From a virus, in IMG/VR virus record IMGVR_UViG_3300042561_001059, positions 19,535 to 83,534 of that record: a stretch of DNA of 64,000 bases. One strand, 5' to 3'. A program made the translations under genes and the position numbers. Position 1 is the stretch's first letter, and every line of letters begins with the position of its first letter. Shown here piece by piece: positions 8,345 through 17,470 of this stretch. The notes beneath the pieces are model-generated. The model did no database searches. It was not told the DNA's origin and saw only the letters and a program-made list of their open reading frames with translations.

Positions 8345-9664
8345 ATGCCGTTATACAGAGATCCAGGTACAAGCAATCTTTACGAAGTTGTTAAAGTACA
8401 AACATGTAGCGGTAATCCGCTTGAAGTAACAACTGCAAGTGGTAGTACTGTTTATATCCAGCCAGCTACAACAGCAGGTGATGCGTTCGGTAGATTACGT
8501 ACGTCATCACCTTTAACTCTTTTCGATTCAAGCCATCGTTATCGTGACAACGGGCTGTGGGCTACAGCTACAGGAACAGGCGGTACTTATACATTTAGCA
8601 GTGGCGAAGGTCTTGTAAACCTTAATGTCAATACAGTATCTGGTGCAAAAGTTCTTAGAGAAACAACAAAAGTTTGTTCATATCAACCAGGGAAATCCTT
8701 GCAGATTATGAATACTTTTGTTATGGCTTCTGGTAAAACAAATCTGCGACAACGTGTTGGATATTTTGGAGCTGATAATGGCATCTACTTGGAAGTAAGC
8801 GGTACTAGCTCACCAACTTTTGTTGAGCGCAATTCGGTTTCAGGTTCTCTTGCAGAAACGCGAGTAGCCCAAGCTAATTGGAACATTGATAAATTAGATG
8901 GTAATGGCCCTTCTGGGTTTACTCTTGACATTGCTAAAGCTCAAATCCAGTGGGCAGATATTGAATGGCTTGGCTTGGGAACGGTGCGTATTGGATTTGT
9001 TATTAATGGTCAACTTGTTCATTGTCATTCTTTTCATCACGCTAATTTAATTACATCTACTTATATGACAACAGCATCTTTGCCGTTGCGTTATGAAATT
9101 GAAAATCTTGGAACTACAGCAAGTAGCAGCACATTAAAACAAGTGTGTTCAACTGCAATATCTGAAGGTGGCTATGAATTGCGTGGTGCTCAAAACGCTG
9201 TAGGTATCCCTGTTAATACGCCGTATACATTAACAACTGCACCAACTGTTTACCCTCTTGTTTCTCTTCGTCTTAAGTCCACGCGGTTAGATGCCATTGT
9301 TATTTTGACTGCACTGTCCCTTATGGGGATTACCAACAATGCAAGTTATAACTGGAAAGTTGTTCTTGGTGGTACCACGACGGGTGGTACTTGGTCGAAC
9401 TTAGGAGATGATTCATCTGTTGAGTACAAGATTGACGGTTCTTCCTTTACGCAAGGTACTGGACGTATCCTTGCTAGTGGGTTTACCAACGGTTCAAACC
9501 AGGGTTCTGCTGTAGTTGATATCCTTAAAGAAGCTTTGTTTAAGTTTCAATTAGAACGAAATAGTTTTACTGGAACAACAACTGAATTAACTCTAGTTTG
9601 CAGTAGTGAAGATAATAATGCACAAGTGTTAGCTGCTATGGACTGGGAAGAAATTAGCCGTTGA
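8345..9664 (+). CDS. Putative virion structural protein (beta-rich, lectin-like)
   Basis: DAFGRLRTSSPLTLFDS..YQPGKS..EWLGLGTVRIGF resembles a widespread phage structural family; T/S/G rich; preceded by a TAGAATAAAA box. Confidence 0.6.
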   Translation: MPLYRDPGTSNLYEVVKVQTCSGNPLEVTTASGSTVYIQPATTAGDAFGRLRTSSPLTLFDSSHRYRDNGLWATATGTGGTYTFSSGEGLVNLNVNTVSGAKVLRETTKVCSYQPGKSLQIMNTFVMASGKTNLRQRVGYFGADNGIYLEVSGTSSPTFVERNSVSGSLAETRVAQANWNIDKLDGNGPSGFTLDIAKAQIQWADIEWLGLGTVRIGFVINGQLVHCHSFHHANLITSTYMTTASLPLRYEIENLGTTASSSTLKQVCSTAISEGGYELRGAQNAVGIPVNTPYTLTTAPTVYPLVSLRLKSTRLDAIVILTALSLMGITNNASYNWKVVLGGTTTGGTWSNLGDDSSVEYKIDGSSFTQGTGRILASGFTNGSNQGSAVVDILKEALFKFQLERNSFTGTTTELTLVCSSEDNNAQVLAAMDWEEISR

Positions 9665-9705
9665 GGTGTTAACGGCTGATAAACTGGAAGTACTGATAGA
9701 AACTT

Positions 9706-10257
9706 ATGTATACCCCTGGTCCTCAAACAGTTCCTGTGCCCCAGGCTCCTGTGGTACAAGAGGTTCCTCAACCACAAGAGAAGCCCAAGACACCTGCTAA
9801 ATCCAAAGGCAATGATGTTGGTGGGTTCATCCAGCAGGTGATTGGACTGGCTGCGTACGTGCATCAACTGCAGGTGCAATCACACTTACTTCATTTCAAC
9901 TATGAAGGATCAAACTTTTTAGGTGTTCATAAGTTTTTAGGTAAACAATATGAAGCCCATCAAGAACAATTTGACAAGTTAGGTGAGTTTATTCGTTCGA
10001 TGGATTATTTGCTTCCACAGTGTTACAACGGTTTGATAGATGCAAGCCCTGAGTTTAAACATGTATCTAGTTATAAAGGTACAGAAATGCTTGGCGTGTA
10101 CTATAAAAACCTTGAAGAGCTTGGCATGAAAACTAAAAAGTTAGAACCTATTGCCGCTAAAGTTGGTGCAATTGATATTCAAAACTATATGGCTGAGTTA
10201 TGTGGTGAAGCATTTAAAGCAGCCTGGATGATTAAAGCAACACTTAGAAACGGTTAA
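9706..10257 (+). CDS. dps: Dps/ferritin-like protein
   Basis: HLLHFNYEGSNFLGVHKFL..YE..FDKLGEFIRS..AWMIKA matches the Dps signature. Confidence 0.75.
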   Translation: MYTPGPQTVPVPQAPVVQEVPQPQEKPKTPAKSKGNDVGGFIQQVIGLAAYVHQLQVQSHLLHFNYEGSNFLGVHKFLGKQYEAHQEQFDKLGEFIRSMDYLLPQCYNGLIDASPEFKHVSSYKGTEMLGVYYKNLEELGMKTKKLEPIAAKVGAIDIQNYMAELCGEAFKAAWMIKATLRNG

Positions 10258-10505
10258 TCGCTCCAGTGTTCAAGTCTGTGGCAGTTACAACAAAGTGGAA
10301 TGCATTTACTAATCTCTTCTTCTATTCTTTCCCAGCCATAGCCGTGATTGACCATATTTGATATATTGTGATCCTTGTCACCAATGTGATGAAACTCAAG
10401 GACACGATGATCGACTATGCCGCATTTGTTGCAGGACAAAGTCTTTTTATATTCCAAGAACTTGTTACGATTTTTTTGAAGTTTTTGCTTAGAAGTTGGC
10501 AACAA
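10254..10505 (-). CDS. HNH endonuclease
   Basis: CNKC..LEFHH..CIPLCCNCHRLEH. Confidence 0.8.
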   Translation of the reverse strand: MLPTSKQKLQKNRNKFLEYKKTLSCNKCGIVDHRVLEFHHIGDKDHNISNMVNHGYGWERIEEEISKCIPLCCNCHRLEHWSD

Positions 10506-10536
10506 GTAAACAAATAACTTGCGTAAGTATAGTCAA

Positions 10537-11076
10537 TTAATTGTTGAAATATTGTTTGACTGTGTCGATAGACACAGGCGTAAAATCATTGCGTTCTACA
10601 CATGCGTTGAAATATCTTTTATCGGGTTCATCTCCATCCATCACAAGATGGCAATGGGTATGACCGTGAACATTTCCTCGATAGTGACCAGATAAACAAG
10701 AAGGGTGGACAGGGATGTGTGTAAAGATCAGGCCACCAAGAAAGTCAGAGCCTGGCCTGAAGAAAAATGCACCGCGTACATCTTCAAAGTACTGAGAGAA
10801 ATCTTTTAATTGACCCTGGTCATGGTTACCACGGATCAAAATCTTTCTGCCGTTTAGGCGGGTGAGTAATTTAAGGCTTGGTCTAGGTATAACAACATCG
10901 CCTAGGTGATACACAGTGTCATGGTTACCCACGGTGTTGTTCCAGTTGGTAACTATGGTTTCATCCATTTCTTCTACGCAAGAGAATGGACGCAACAACT
11001 CACCATTAGGGTCAACAAAAGAAAGACTTTTGGCGTGACCAAAGTGTGTGTCTGCAATAACAAAGATATTTGCCAT
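10537..11076 (-). CDS. Calcineurin-like metallophosphoesterase
   Basis: DTHFGH, HLGD, GNHD, THIP, HGHTH motifs. Confidence 0.9.
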   Translation of the reverse strand: MANIFVIADTHFGHAKSLSFVDPNGELLRPFSCVEEMDETIVTNWNNTVGNHDTVYHLGDVVIPRPSLKLLTRLNGRKILIRGNHDQGQLKDFSQYFEDVRGAFFFRPGSDFLGGLIFTHIPVHPSCLSGHYRGNVHGHTHCHLVMDGDEPDKRYFNACVERNDFTPVSIDTVKQYFNN

Positions 11077-11091
11077 GCATCTAGTTTAGAG

Positions 11092-11192
11092 TCGTCTGTA
11101 TGGGATTTGAACCCACATCGCTTATCCCACTGAAAGCGCTGCGTCCAGCACCCAGGTGAAAGGCCGCCTTATCCGTTAGTTCGCAACAGACG
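11092..11192 (-). ncRNA. tRNA-like RNA with non-canonical anticodon arm
   Basis: Acceptor CGTCTGT/ACAGACG, T-arm GTGGG-TTCAAAT-CCCAT, D-loop-like AACGGATAA; the middle is a long hairpin with a GACG loop. Confidence 0.55.
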
Positions 11193-11206
11193 AAAGTTGT
11201 AGCAAT

Positions 11207-11234
11207 AAAAATTCCTGGTTGCTCAAGCCAGGAA
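11207..11234 (-). terminator. Probable intrinsic terminator
   Basis: TTCCTGG..CCAGGAA hairpin followed by a T-run on the - strand. Confidence 0.5.
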
Positions 11235-11285
11235 CAGCAATCTCGGAATCCCATCCTAATGGATAGTTGAGCAATGTGATTATAA

Positions 11286-11456
11286 CTACTTTTTCTTGGC
11301 CGCAGCTTCTTTCTTTTTAGCGATCATCTCTTTGAACTTGTCACGAGCGGCAGCTTGTTTGTCGGTAGCGCCAGCCTTGCCTTTAGCAGGAGCGGCCTTA
11401 CCTTTCATCTCAGGCTTCATTTTGCCTTTGGCGGCAGGAGCTTCTTTCTTTTTCAT
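11286..11456 (-). CDS. Lys/Ala-rich histone-like small protein (below cutoff)
   Basis: MKKKEAPAAKGKMKPEMKGKAAPAKGKAGATDKQAAARDKFKEMIAKKKEAAAKKK. Confidence 0.65.
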   Translation of the reverse strand: MKKKEAPAAKGKMKPEMKGKAAPAKGKAGATDKQAAARDKFKEMIAKKKEAAAKKK

Positions 11457-11485
11457 GATGTTTTAGGAGCTATTACAATTTTAAC

Positions 11486-11680
11486 TCACTTCTTTTTGCG
11501 GGCAGCTTTACTAGCTTTCTTTGCTGCTTCTGTATTAGGAACAAACTGCTTGCCTTGTTTGCTGCCAGCTTTTTTCTTGGCATCTGTTTTGATACGTTCC
11601 TCTTTTGAAAGAGCAGCCCATGCTTTCTCTGGGAGGTAACGTTTGGTTTGTCCTTTCTCAATCGCTTTATCGGCTGCCAT
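11486..11680 (-). CDS. Basic protein, C-terminal half of DUF5872-like family
   Basis: RYLPEKAWAALS.EE...TDAKKKAGSKQGKQFVPNT. Confidence 0.65.
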   Translation of the reverse strand: MAADKAIEKGQTKRYLPEKAWAALSKEERIKTDAKKKAGSKQGKQFVPNTEAAKKASKAARKKK

Positions 11681-11682
11681 TG

Positions 11683-12642
11683 TTAACGAATGTTAATGGG
11701 ATATGTAAATGATTTATCAGGCATTTTCATTACAATTGAACGACCAAAAAAAGTAAGTGGATGACTTGTTGTTGAAACTGTTTGCTCTTTTTTGTTAGAT
11801 AGTTGTATTTCTTTTGCAGCATTTAAAGCCATTTCTTGAGAAGGATCTGGAAGAATAACACCCCCAGGAAGTGGTCCAATAGGAGCTTTTGCATCTGCAG
11901 CTCCATAAACAAAATCGTATTTTTCATTTGCGGTATATCCGTCTTTAGTTGGGTTAAACCATAAACTTCCAAAAGAAGTAGCAGGGGAAGTTAAAGGATT
12001 ATTATCAAGAGCAGAGTATGCATAAAAAGGAACGTCTCCTTGCTTAATCCTATTTAACTTGCTTTTTTCTTGAGCAAGTGCATTATTTATCTCTTGCGGC
12101 TGTGGTACATACCCACCAAATGGACCTGATGCAGTTGCTTGTTGTAGTGGAAATTTATTATTACGCAATGCATCCAGCATTGAAGATAAATTTTCTACAA
12201 GTGATTGGGATTCTTTAATTCTTTTGCCGGTATTAACAACAGATGTATCTAAAATTTCTTTAATGCCACGTGTTGCGCGTTCAGGTATTTGAAGATTTTT
12301 ATTACCTAAACCTGTGTAATATCTACTAAATAAATTAACGCTAAAAGGAAGTGCGTTTAATCCAGAAGCAATTGCATCTTGTACTGGTTCTGGAGATGTT
12401 TTAATAGTTCTCTCAACAAAAGGCTGGGCATTGGCTATGCCAGTAGCTGCTGAATCAATTAAAGCTGCTTTCCTCCGTTCAAAACCACTAGGTTGTTGAT
12501 TTTTAGGAATACTCGATCTTTGGAAAGCTGCTCCAATAGGTGTTGCTGCACCGCCAGGAAGAAATCCTCCAAAAACATTTTTATCTACCTGACCGTAACT
12601 ACGGTTTACGCGATTAAGAAACTGTTGAAATAAATCGCTCAT
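11683..12642 (-). CDS. Hypothetical protein (possible virion protein)
   Basis: 319-aa ATG ORF coupled to both neighbours. Confidence 0.65.
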   Translation of the reverse strand: MSDLFQQFLNRVNRSYGQVDKNVFGGFLPGGAATPIGAAFQRSSIPKNQQPSGFERRKAALIDSAATGIANAQPFVERTIKTSPEPVQDAIASGLNALPFSVNLFSRYYTGLGNKNLQIPERATRGIKEILDTSVVNTGKRIKESQSLVENLSSMLDALRNNKFPLQQATASGPFGGYVPQPQEINNALAQEKSKLNRIKQGDVPFYAYSALDNNPLTSPATSFGSLWFNPTKDGYTANEKYDFVYGAADAKAPIGPLPGGVILPDPSQEMALNAAKEIQLSNKKEQTVSTTSHPLTFFGRSIVMKMPDKSFTYPINIR

Positions 12643-12926
12643 TATTTTGACTCCTTATACTTTTTGGCCGCTGATTTAGCTTTAGATCTTTTTTCATACT
12701 CTTCTCGAGTGCTCCATTTTTCCTTGCCCCACTTCTCTAAATTTTTTTGCTTCTCACCCTTACCACCCTTGTATCCGCCACCAGCTTTCTCATATTCCTG
12801 AGCAACCAGTTGAGCCTTACGTGCGCTCCACTGACCTGCTTTCCCGCCACGGGTGCCAGCTATAACGCGATCTTTAATTCGTTCACGCAACTCTGGTTTT
12901 GAATACTTGCTATCGTCTTGCGCCAC
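12642..12926 (-). CDS. Basic protein, N-terminal half of DUF5872-like family
   Basis: YSKPELRERIK..GGKAGQWSARKAQLVAQEYEKAGGGY..LEKWGKEKW. Confidence 0.7.
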   Translation of the reverse strand: MAQDDSKYSKPELRERIKDRVIAGTRGGKAGQWSARKAQLVAQEYEKAGGGYKGGKGEKQKNLEKWGKEKWSTREEYEKRSKAKSAAKKYKESK

Positions 12927-12970
12927 ACGCAGTACTGTTGACCGTACTAACTATTTTAAGTCAACAGTAT

Positions 12971-13192
12971 TTAACCCATAAAGAATGGGGGTTTGCTGCC
13001 AGGGTTCTTGGATTTTTCTTCCATGTGACGCATTACATCCTCAAGAGATTCAACTGCTTCAAGCCTCATCAACATGTCGGTAAGACTTGAAATAACAATG
13101 GGATGCTCAGATCTTGCAGCGAAAGCAAGTGCATCACGCAGATTGTTCGTTGCTTGAGTAATTGATTCCTTGACTTGACTGCTCAAAGCCAT
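12971..13192 (-). CDS. Hypothetical cyanophage protein
   Basis: MALSSQVKES..NLRDALAFAARSEHP; start ATG 13192. Confidence 0.6.
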   Translation of the reverse strand: MALSSQVKESITQATNNLRDALAFAARSEHPIVISSLTDMLMRLEAVESLEDVMRHMEEKSKNPGSKPPFFMG

Positions 13193-13388
13193 TTGAGATT
13201 CCTTGGGTTTCGTTGTCAGTATAAACATTGTTTTTTGCATTTTGTTTGGATAAGGTCAAACTTTGAAGCAACGCATCGTGTTGATTCAAGAATTCAAGGC
13301 CTTGTGCCAGGGTCTCTTGATATTGTTGCATATTCAGTGACCTTACAAAATACGGGAAACTTTAATTAATTGTAGTGGTTTAATCCTT

Positions 13389-14126
13389 TTAAGACAACTT
13401 GTGTAGCACTGGAATGTTGTACATACCAATGTTTCCGTAGCCGCTATCTTCAAAGGCAAAGCAGATGTTTGTGGTATCGCAATCCCAGGTGAGAGTGCGG
13501 GGGTTTACACCTGAGAAACGCAATCCCTGAGCAAACGGAAGTGCTTTGTAAACACAAAAACAATTAAAGGTGGAAGCAACGGGAAGAAGATCAGGAAGTT
13601 CTGAGACTTTGGGGCCTTTATATTCGGAATCATCTGGGTTGACACGTGTTGCCCAACTGTCATAAATCCAGTCAGCCACACCAAATCCATGGGGGAGAAC
13701 ACTGTAACCAGAAGCAATATCTAAGTCTGAATACAGAAGAGGACTGATTTGCTCTGGGCTATACAAGATGTCTGGCTCGATGCACACAACCTTGTCGAAT
13801 AAAGCAAGTCCATAAAGATCATTGATTTGATCCAGGGTTTTGTTTCTAGCTTCTGCCAAATAGCGAACCCTTTCTTCTGCTTTGATTGAACCGAAGTATG
13901 GCCAACCAAGATCAGAGGTCGTCACTTTTACGGCCTCAAAATGGTTCTGAAATTTTTTTTCGACTAAACGCAGGACTTGTTTGGTGTTATCCTCTGAGTC
14001 ATTCTCAAATACAGATAAGTAAAATTTAATGTCTGGGTTCTGTTTGATAAGTAAAATTAATTGATCACACCATGTTGGTACATGTGGGCCACGGTTGCGG
14101 ATGATGGTTGAGATCAGGCAGCGCAT
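13389..14126 (-). CDS. Glycosyltransferase (GT-A fold)
   Basis: FENDSEDNT, RVRYLAEARN, EPD, YDSWA. Confidence 0.75.
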   Translation of the reverse strand: MRCLISTIIRNRGPHVPTWCDQLILLIKQNPDIKFYLSVFENDSEDNTKQVLRLVEKKFQNHFEAVKVTTSDLGWPYFGSIKAEERVRYLAEARNKTLDQINDLYGLALFDKVVCIEPDILYSPEQISPLLYSDLDIASGYSVLPHGFGVADWIYDSWATRVNPDDSEYKGPKVSELPDLLPVASTFNCFCVYKALPFAQGLRFSGVNPRTLTWDCDTTNICFAFEDSGYGNIGMYNIPVLHKLS

Positions 14127-15286
14127 TTGTAAAGCTCCTTTGCCATACGGATGATTTGAGATTCAGTTACGAAATGGTTGTTGCCAATATAAAAAGAGTT
14201 CGTGTGAATCTCTTCGCTATTGGGAAGGTAAGGATCTTGTTGGTAATCATGCATAAATGGTTGCTTTAATAGGTTACCAACGAGGAATGGACGTGTTTCT
14301 ACGCCAAGAAAATTGAGTTTGTCTTTGAGAACTTGTTTTGTTCTTTCGGTACTGCAATGAAATGGTAGGGTCATGGCACTGTTTCCTGTGGGACATGGCA
14401 TGTATTTGATCCAAGGGTGTCCTACCAGCTCATGGAAGAACGTTGTGTAATTACGGTTGCGCTGTTTGATAAAGCTATTGAGTTTCTTGAGTTGGACCAG
14501 GCCCAAGACTGCGCCTAACTCCGTGTTCCTGAAGTTGTAGCCTTCGGTTGGGAACAGGAATGAAGGGTCAATATCAGGTGCCAAATCTTCTTCTAGCTTG
14601 CGATAACGAGGAAGCATCTCCCTTGCTAAACCATGAGAACGTTTGGCACGCATCAAATTGTATAAATCGATACTATCAGTGGAGACCATGCCACCCTCAA
14701 TGGTTGTCATGTGGTGACCAAAGTAGAAGGAGAAGGTTGAGCCAAGGCCTTCATTTCCTACTTTTTTGTTGCTGCCATTGAGAGCGCCATGTGATTCACA
14801 GCAGTCTTCCAGGATGTGGGCATGCGGCCAATACTGTTTGATCTGTTTCAAGTTGTTGGCAAACCCCATGATGTGTGTTACATACACAATGTCAGGTTCA
14901 AAGCCAACTTCTCTGAGGCGTTTTAGAGATTCGTAGGTTGGGCTGTAGGTTGCATAGTCAATGTCGTAAAAGAAAATTGAATGGCCCTGTTGCCGGAACG
15001 TTGAGATGTTGGTTGCCCAGTTGACGGCAGGGCAAAGAATTTTTAGCTTTTTGTTCTTGTTGAAATATAAGTCTCGTACTGCGTCCAAGAGAAGGGTGTT
15101 GGCAGTTGATCCACTACTTACAAACAAAGAATATTTTCTTCCCTGCCAGGAGGACCACTCTTTTTCAAGTTGGAGACACTTGGGACCGTTGGTGAAACGG
15201 TCACTGGTAAGAATAAATTTGATTAGGGCAAACTTTTCGTCAAAACCAATGGTGTTTTTTTGAAGCGGCCATTTGAATTTCGACAT
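14114..15286 (-). CDS. DegT/DnrJ-family PLP enzyme, ColD-like 3-dehydratase
   Basis: SSGSTAN, EDCCESHG, STFSFYFGHHMTTIEGG (His at the usual Schiff-base Lys position), GYNFR, ETRP. Confidence 0.8.
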   Translation of the reverse strand: MSKFKWPLQKNTIGFDEKFALIKFILTSDRFTNGPKCLQLEKEWSSWQGRKYSLFVSSGSTANTLLLDAVRDLYFNKNKKLKILCPAVNWATNISTFRQQGHSIFFYDIDYATYSPTYESLKRLREVGFEPDIVYVTHIMGFANNLKQIKQYWPHAHILEDCCESHGALNGSNKKVGNEGLGSTFSFYFGHHMTTIEGGMVSTDSIDLYNLMRAKRSHGLAREMLPRYRKLEEDLAPDIDPSFLFPTEGYNFRNTELGAVLGLVQLKKLNSFIKQRNRNYTTFFHELVGHPWIKYMPCPTGNSAMTLPFHCSTERTKQVLKDKLNFLGVETRPFLVGNLLKQPFMHDYQQDPYLPNSEEIHTNSFYIGNNHFVTESQIIRMAKELYKCAA

Positions 15287-15337
15287 ACTGCACCACATAA
15301 ATTCTTGGTTATAGTGTCAGTATAAGGAATAATTTCC

Positions 15338-16378
15338 ATGAAAAAAGCAATTATTACTGGAATTACTGGCCAAGATGGCGCATATCTTGCCAGGTTGCTT
15401 TTCGATCAAGGGTACGAAATCCTTGGCCTGGTTAGGAATAATGCCAATCCAGGAAGTAAAAATAAATTGAAGTGGATATTTAATGGCTACATCCCAGAAC
15501 AGATTAAGTTTGAATACTCGGACATGATGGATGCTACATCCATGCATCGGGCAGTAGATAACTTTGGTCCAGATGAGGTTTATAATCTGGCGGCCCAGAG
15601 TCACGTAGGTGTCAGCTTTAAATCTCCAGGGAGTACTGCACACATCAATGCACTGGGCGTACTGAACATCTTGGAAGCATGTAGGAATGCAGGTAAAATG
15701 CCCAAGTTTTATCAGGCATCTACATCAGAAATGTTTGGCAAGGTCCAGGAGGTGCCGCAGTGTGAATCAACGTACTTCTATCCGAGGAGTCCTTATGGTG
15801 TCGCCAAGTTATTTGGGTACTGGCTGACGGTCAATTACAGGGAAAGTTACGGATTGTTCGGTTGTAATGGCATCCTCTTTAACCATGAATCTCCGGTGAG
15901 GGGAGAAGAGTTTGTGACACGGAAGATCACGAAGGGTGTTGCACGCATTGCCAACGGGAAACAAGACTGTATTGAGTTGGGAAACCTGGATGCACGCAGG
16001 GATTGGGGCCATGCACGTGACTATGTGGAAGCCATGTACTTGATGTTGCAACAACCAAAGGCTAAAGACTATGTGATCTCGTCTGGTATCCAGACCAGTG
16101 TTAGGAGGTTTTGTGAGATGGCATTTAAAGCTGCAGATCTTCCCATCATTTGGAAAGGGTCTGGCATTGATGAAGTTGGGTATTGCCCCAGGTTGGAGGA
16201 AATTGTGGTCCGTATTAATCCTGAGTACTACCGTCCGGCAGAAGTAGACATGCTTTTAGGTGACGCAAGTGCAGCTCAAGTAGATCTTGATTGGCAGCCA
16301 CGGACTACACTGAATCAGTTAGTAGAAGAAATGGTTGCACATGATTTGCGTCAAGAGTGGGATGCCACTACTTGTTAA
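15338..16378 (+). CDS. gmd: GDP-mannose 4,6-dehydratase
   Basis: ITGITGQDGAYL, YNLAAQSHV, QASTSE, PRSPYGVAK, FNHESP, RDWGHA. Confidence 0.97.
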   Translation: MKKAIITGITGQDGAYLARLLFDQGYEILGLVRNNANPGSKNKLKWIFNGYIPEQIKFEYSDMMDATSMHRAVDNFGPDEVYNLAAQSHVGVSFKSPGSTAHINALGVLNILEACRNAGKMPKFYQASTSEMFGKVQEVPQCESTYFYPRSPYGVAKLFGYWLTVNYRESYGLFGCNGILFNHESPVRGEEFVTRKITKGVARIANGKQDCIELGNLDARRDWGHARDYVEAMYLMLQQPKAKDYVISSGIQTSVRRFCEMAFKAADLPIIWKGSGIDEVGYCPRLEEIVVRINPEYYRPAEVDMLLGDASAAQVDLDWQPRTTLNQLVEEMVAHDLRQEWDATTC

Positions 16379-17219
16379 TAAAGGTTGCCATTTGTGCTTC
16401 CTTGAGTCGTTTGCGATGTAGCTCAATGACGCTTGGGTGAGGAACAACTTCTTTTTTGTGGATGATTTCAGCGTGAAGCGTGGGGTCTGCAATGACCAGG
16501 TAACCATTGTCTCGGATTCCACGACAGAATTCCCAATGCTCCACGCCATTAATGACAGCCCAACTCACATCGTCCAAGGCCTCTTCTTTGATCATGGCCA
16601 TTGAACCGAATGCACTATTGCAGACCACTGGTTCTTGATTGTCCCAGGCTTGGCGATCTTCTGGATTCAAGAATGGGTTGGCGGCAAACGTCATTGCCTG
16701 TTCACCATTGGAATCAAGAAGGGACCAACTATCAAAGTAAGAAGAACGCTCCGTATCCTCAATAAAATCACGAACGTTCTGCACAGTATTTGGTGAGACC
16801 ATCCCCCAATTTTCATTGGTATCCAGGCGGTCGATCATATCAATGATGAGGGTTGGCTCCCAGTGCACATCGCTGTCTGCGGCTAAGAGATAGTCAAAGT
16901 GGTAATAATTGTTAAGAAAGTCAAGAGCAATGTTTCGGTACCTGGCTTGATAACGGACTCGATCCAGGGATGCAACACTTCCCCATTTAGGAGCACCGAT
17001 GCGTTCTGAAATGACAAAACCTAGGCGTTCGGAGAGCCAGGACTGGAGAAGTTGTGGGGTCTTGTCTTGAGAATCATTCTCGAAAAAAGCGTATACGCAG
17101 TTGATTCCTTTTTCGAGAAGAGCTTCTTCCATGGCTTCAAATTGAGCCAACGAATACTTGAGGTAAGAAGAACTGTCCCGCCAGAGGGAGAGAATGGCTA
17201 AAGTCTTGGTGCTCATCAC
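16368..17219 (-). CDS. Glycosyltransferase (GT-A fold), paralogue of 13389-14126
   Basis: FENDSQDKT, RVRYQARYRN, DSD, FDSWS, SAFG. Confidence 0.75.
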   Translation of the reverse strand: MMSTKTLAILSLWRDSSSYLKYSLAQFEAMEEALLEKGINCVYAFFENDSQDKTPQLLQSWLSERLGFVISERIGAPKWGSVASLDRVRYQARYRNIALDFLNNYYHFDYLLAADSDVHWEPTLIIDMIDRLDTNENWGMVSPNTVQNVRDFIEDTERSSYFDSWSLLDSNGEQAMTFAANPFLNPEDRQAWDNQEPVVCNSAFGSMAMIKEEALDDVSWAVINGVEHWEFCRGIRDNGYLVIADPTLHAEIIHKKEVVPHPSVIELHRKRLKEAQMATFINK

Positions 17220-17392
17220 AGATCCACGCGAATATAATCAATGCTTTTTTGCTGGAGACTCTTTTCGTATGCATCGGCCTCAAGAGTTTCAACGTCTTGG
17301 ACCACGGCGGACGAGTACTCTTCCCAATCATCCTCATCTGTTTGTAATCCTGTTGATGGTTCCAGGTAAAAACGCGTGAGATTTGAGGTCAT
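17216..17392 (-). CDS. Small acidic protein (below cutoff)
   Basis: MTSNLTRFYLEPSTGLQTDEDDWEEY...; stop overlaps the next start. Confidence 0.45.
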   Translation of the reverse strand: MTSNLTRFYLEPSTGLQTDEDDWEEYSSAVVQDVETLEADAYEKSLQQKSIDYIRVDL

Positions 17393-17470
17393 TAGTAAGA
17401 AATCTCTGAAGAAAGACTAGCGCATTAACAGTAAAAAAGATTAAAATATAAGGAATATACACAATCTTTC

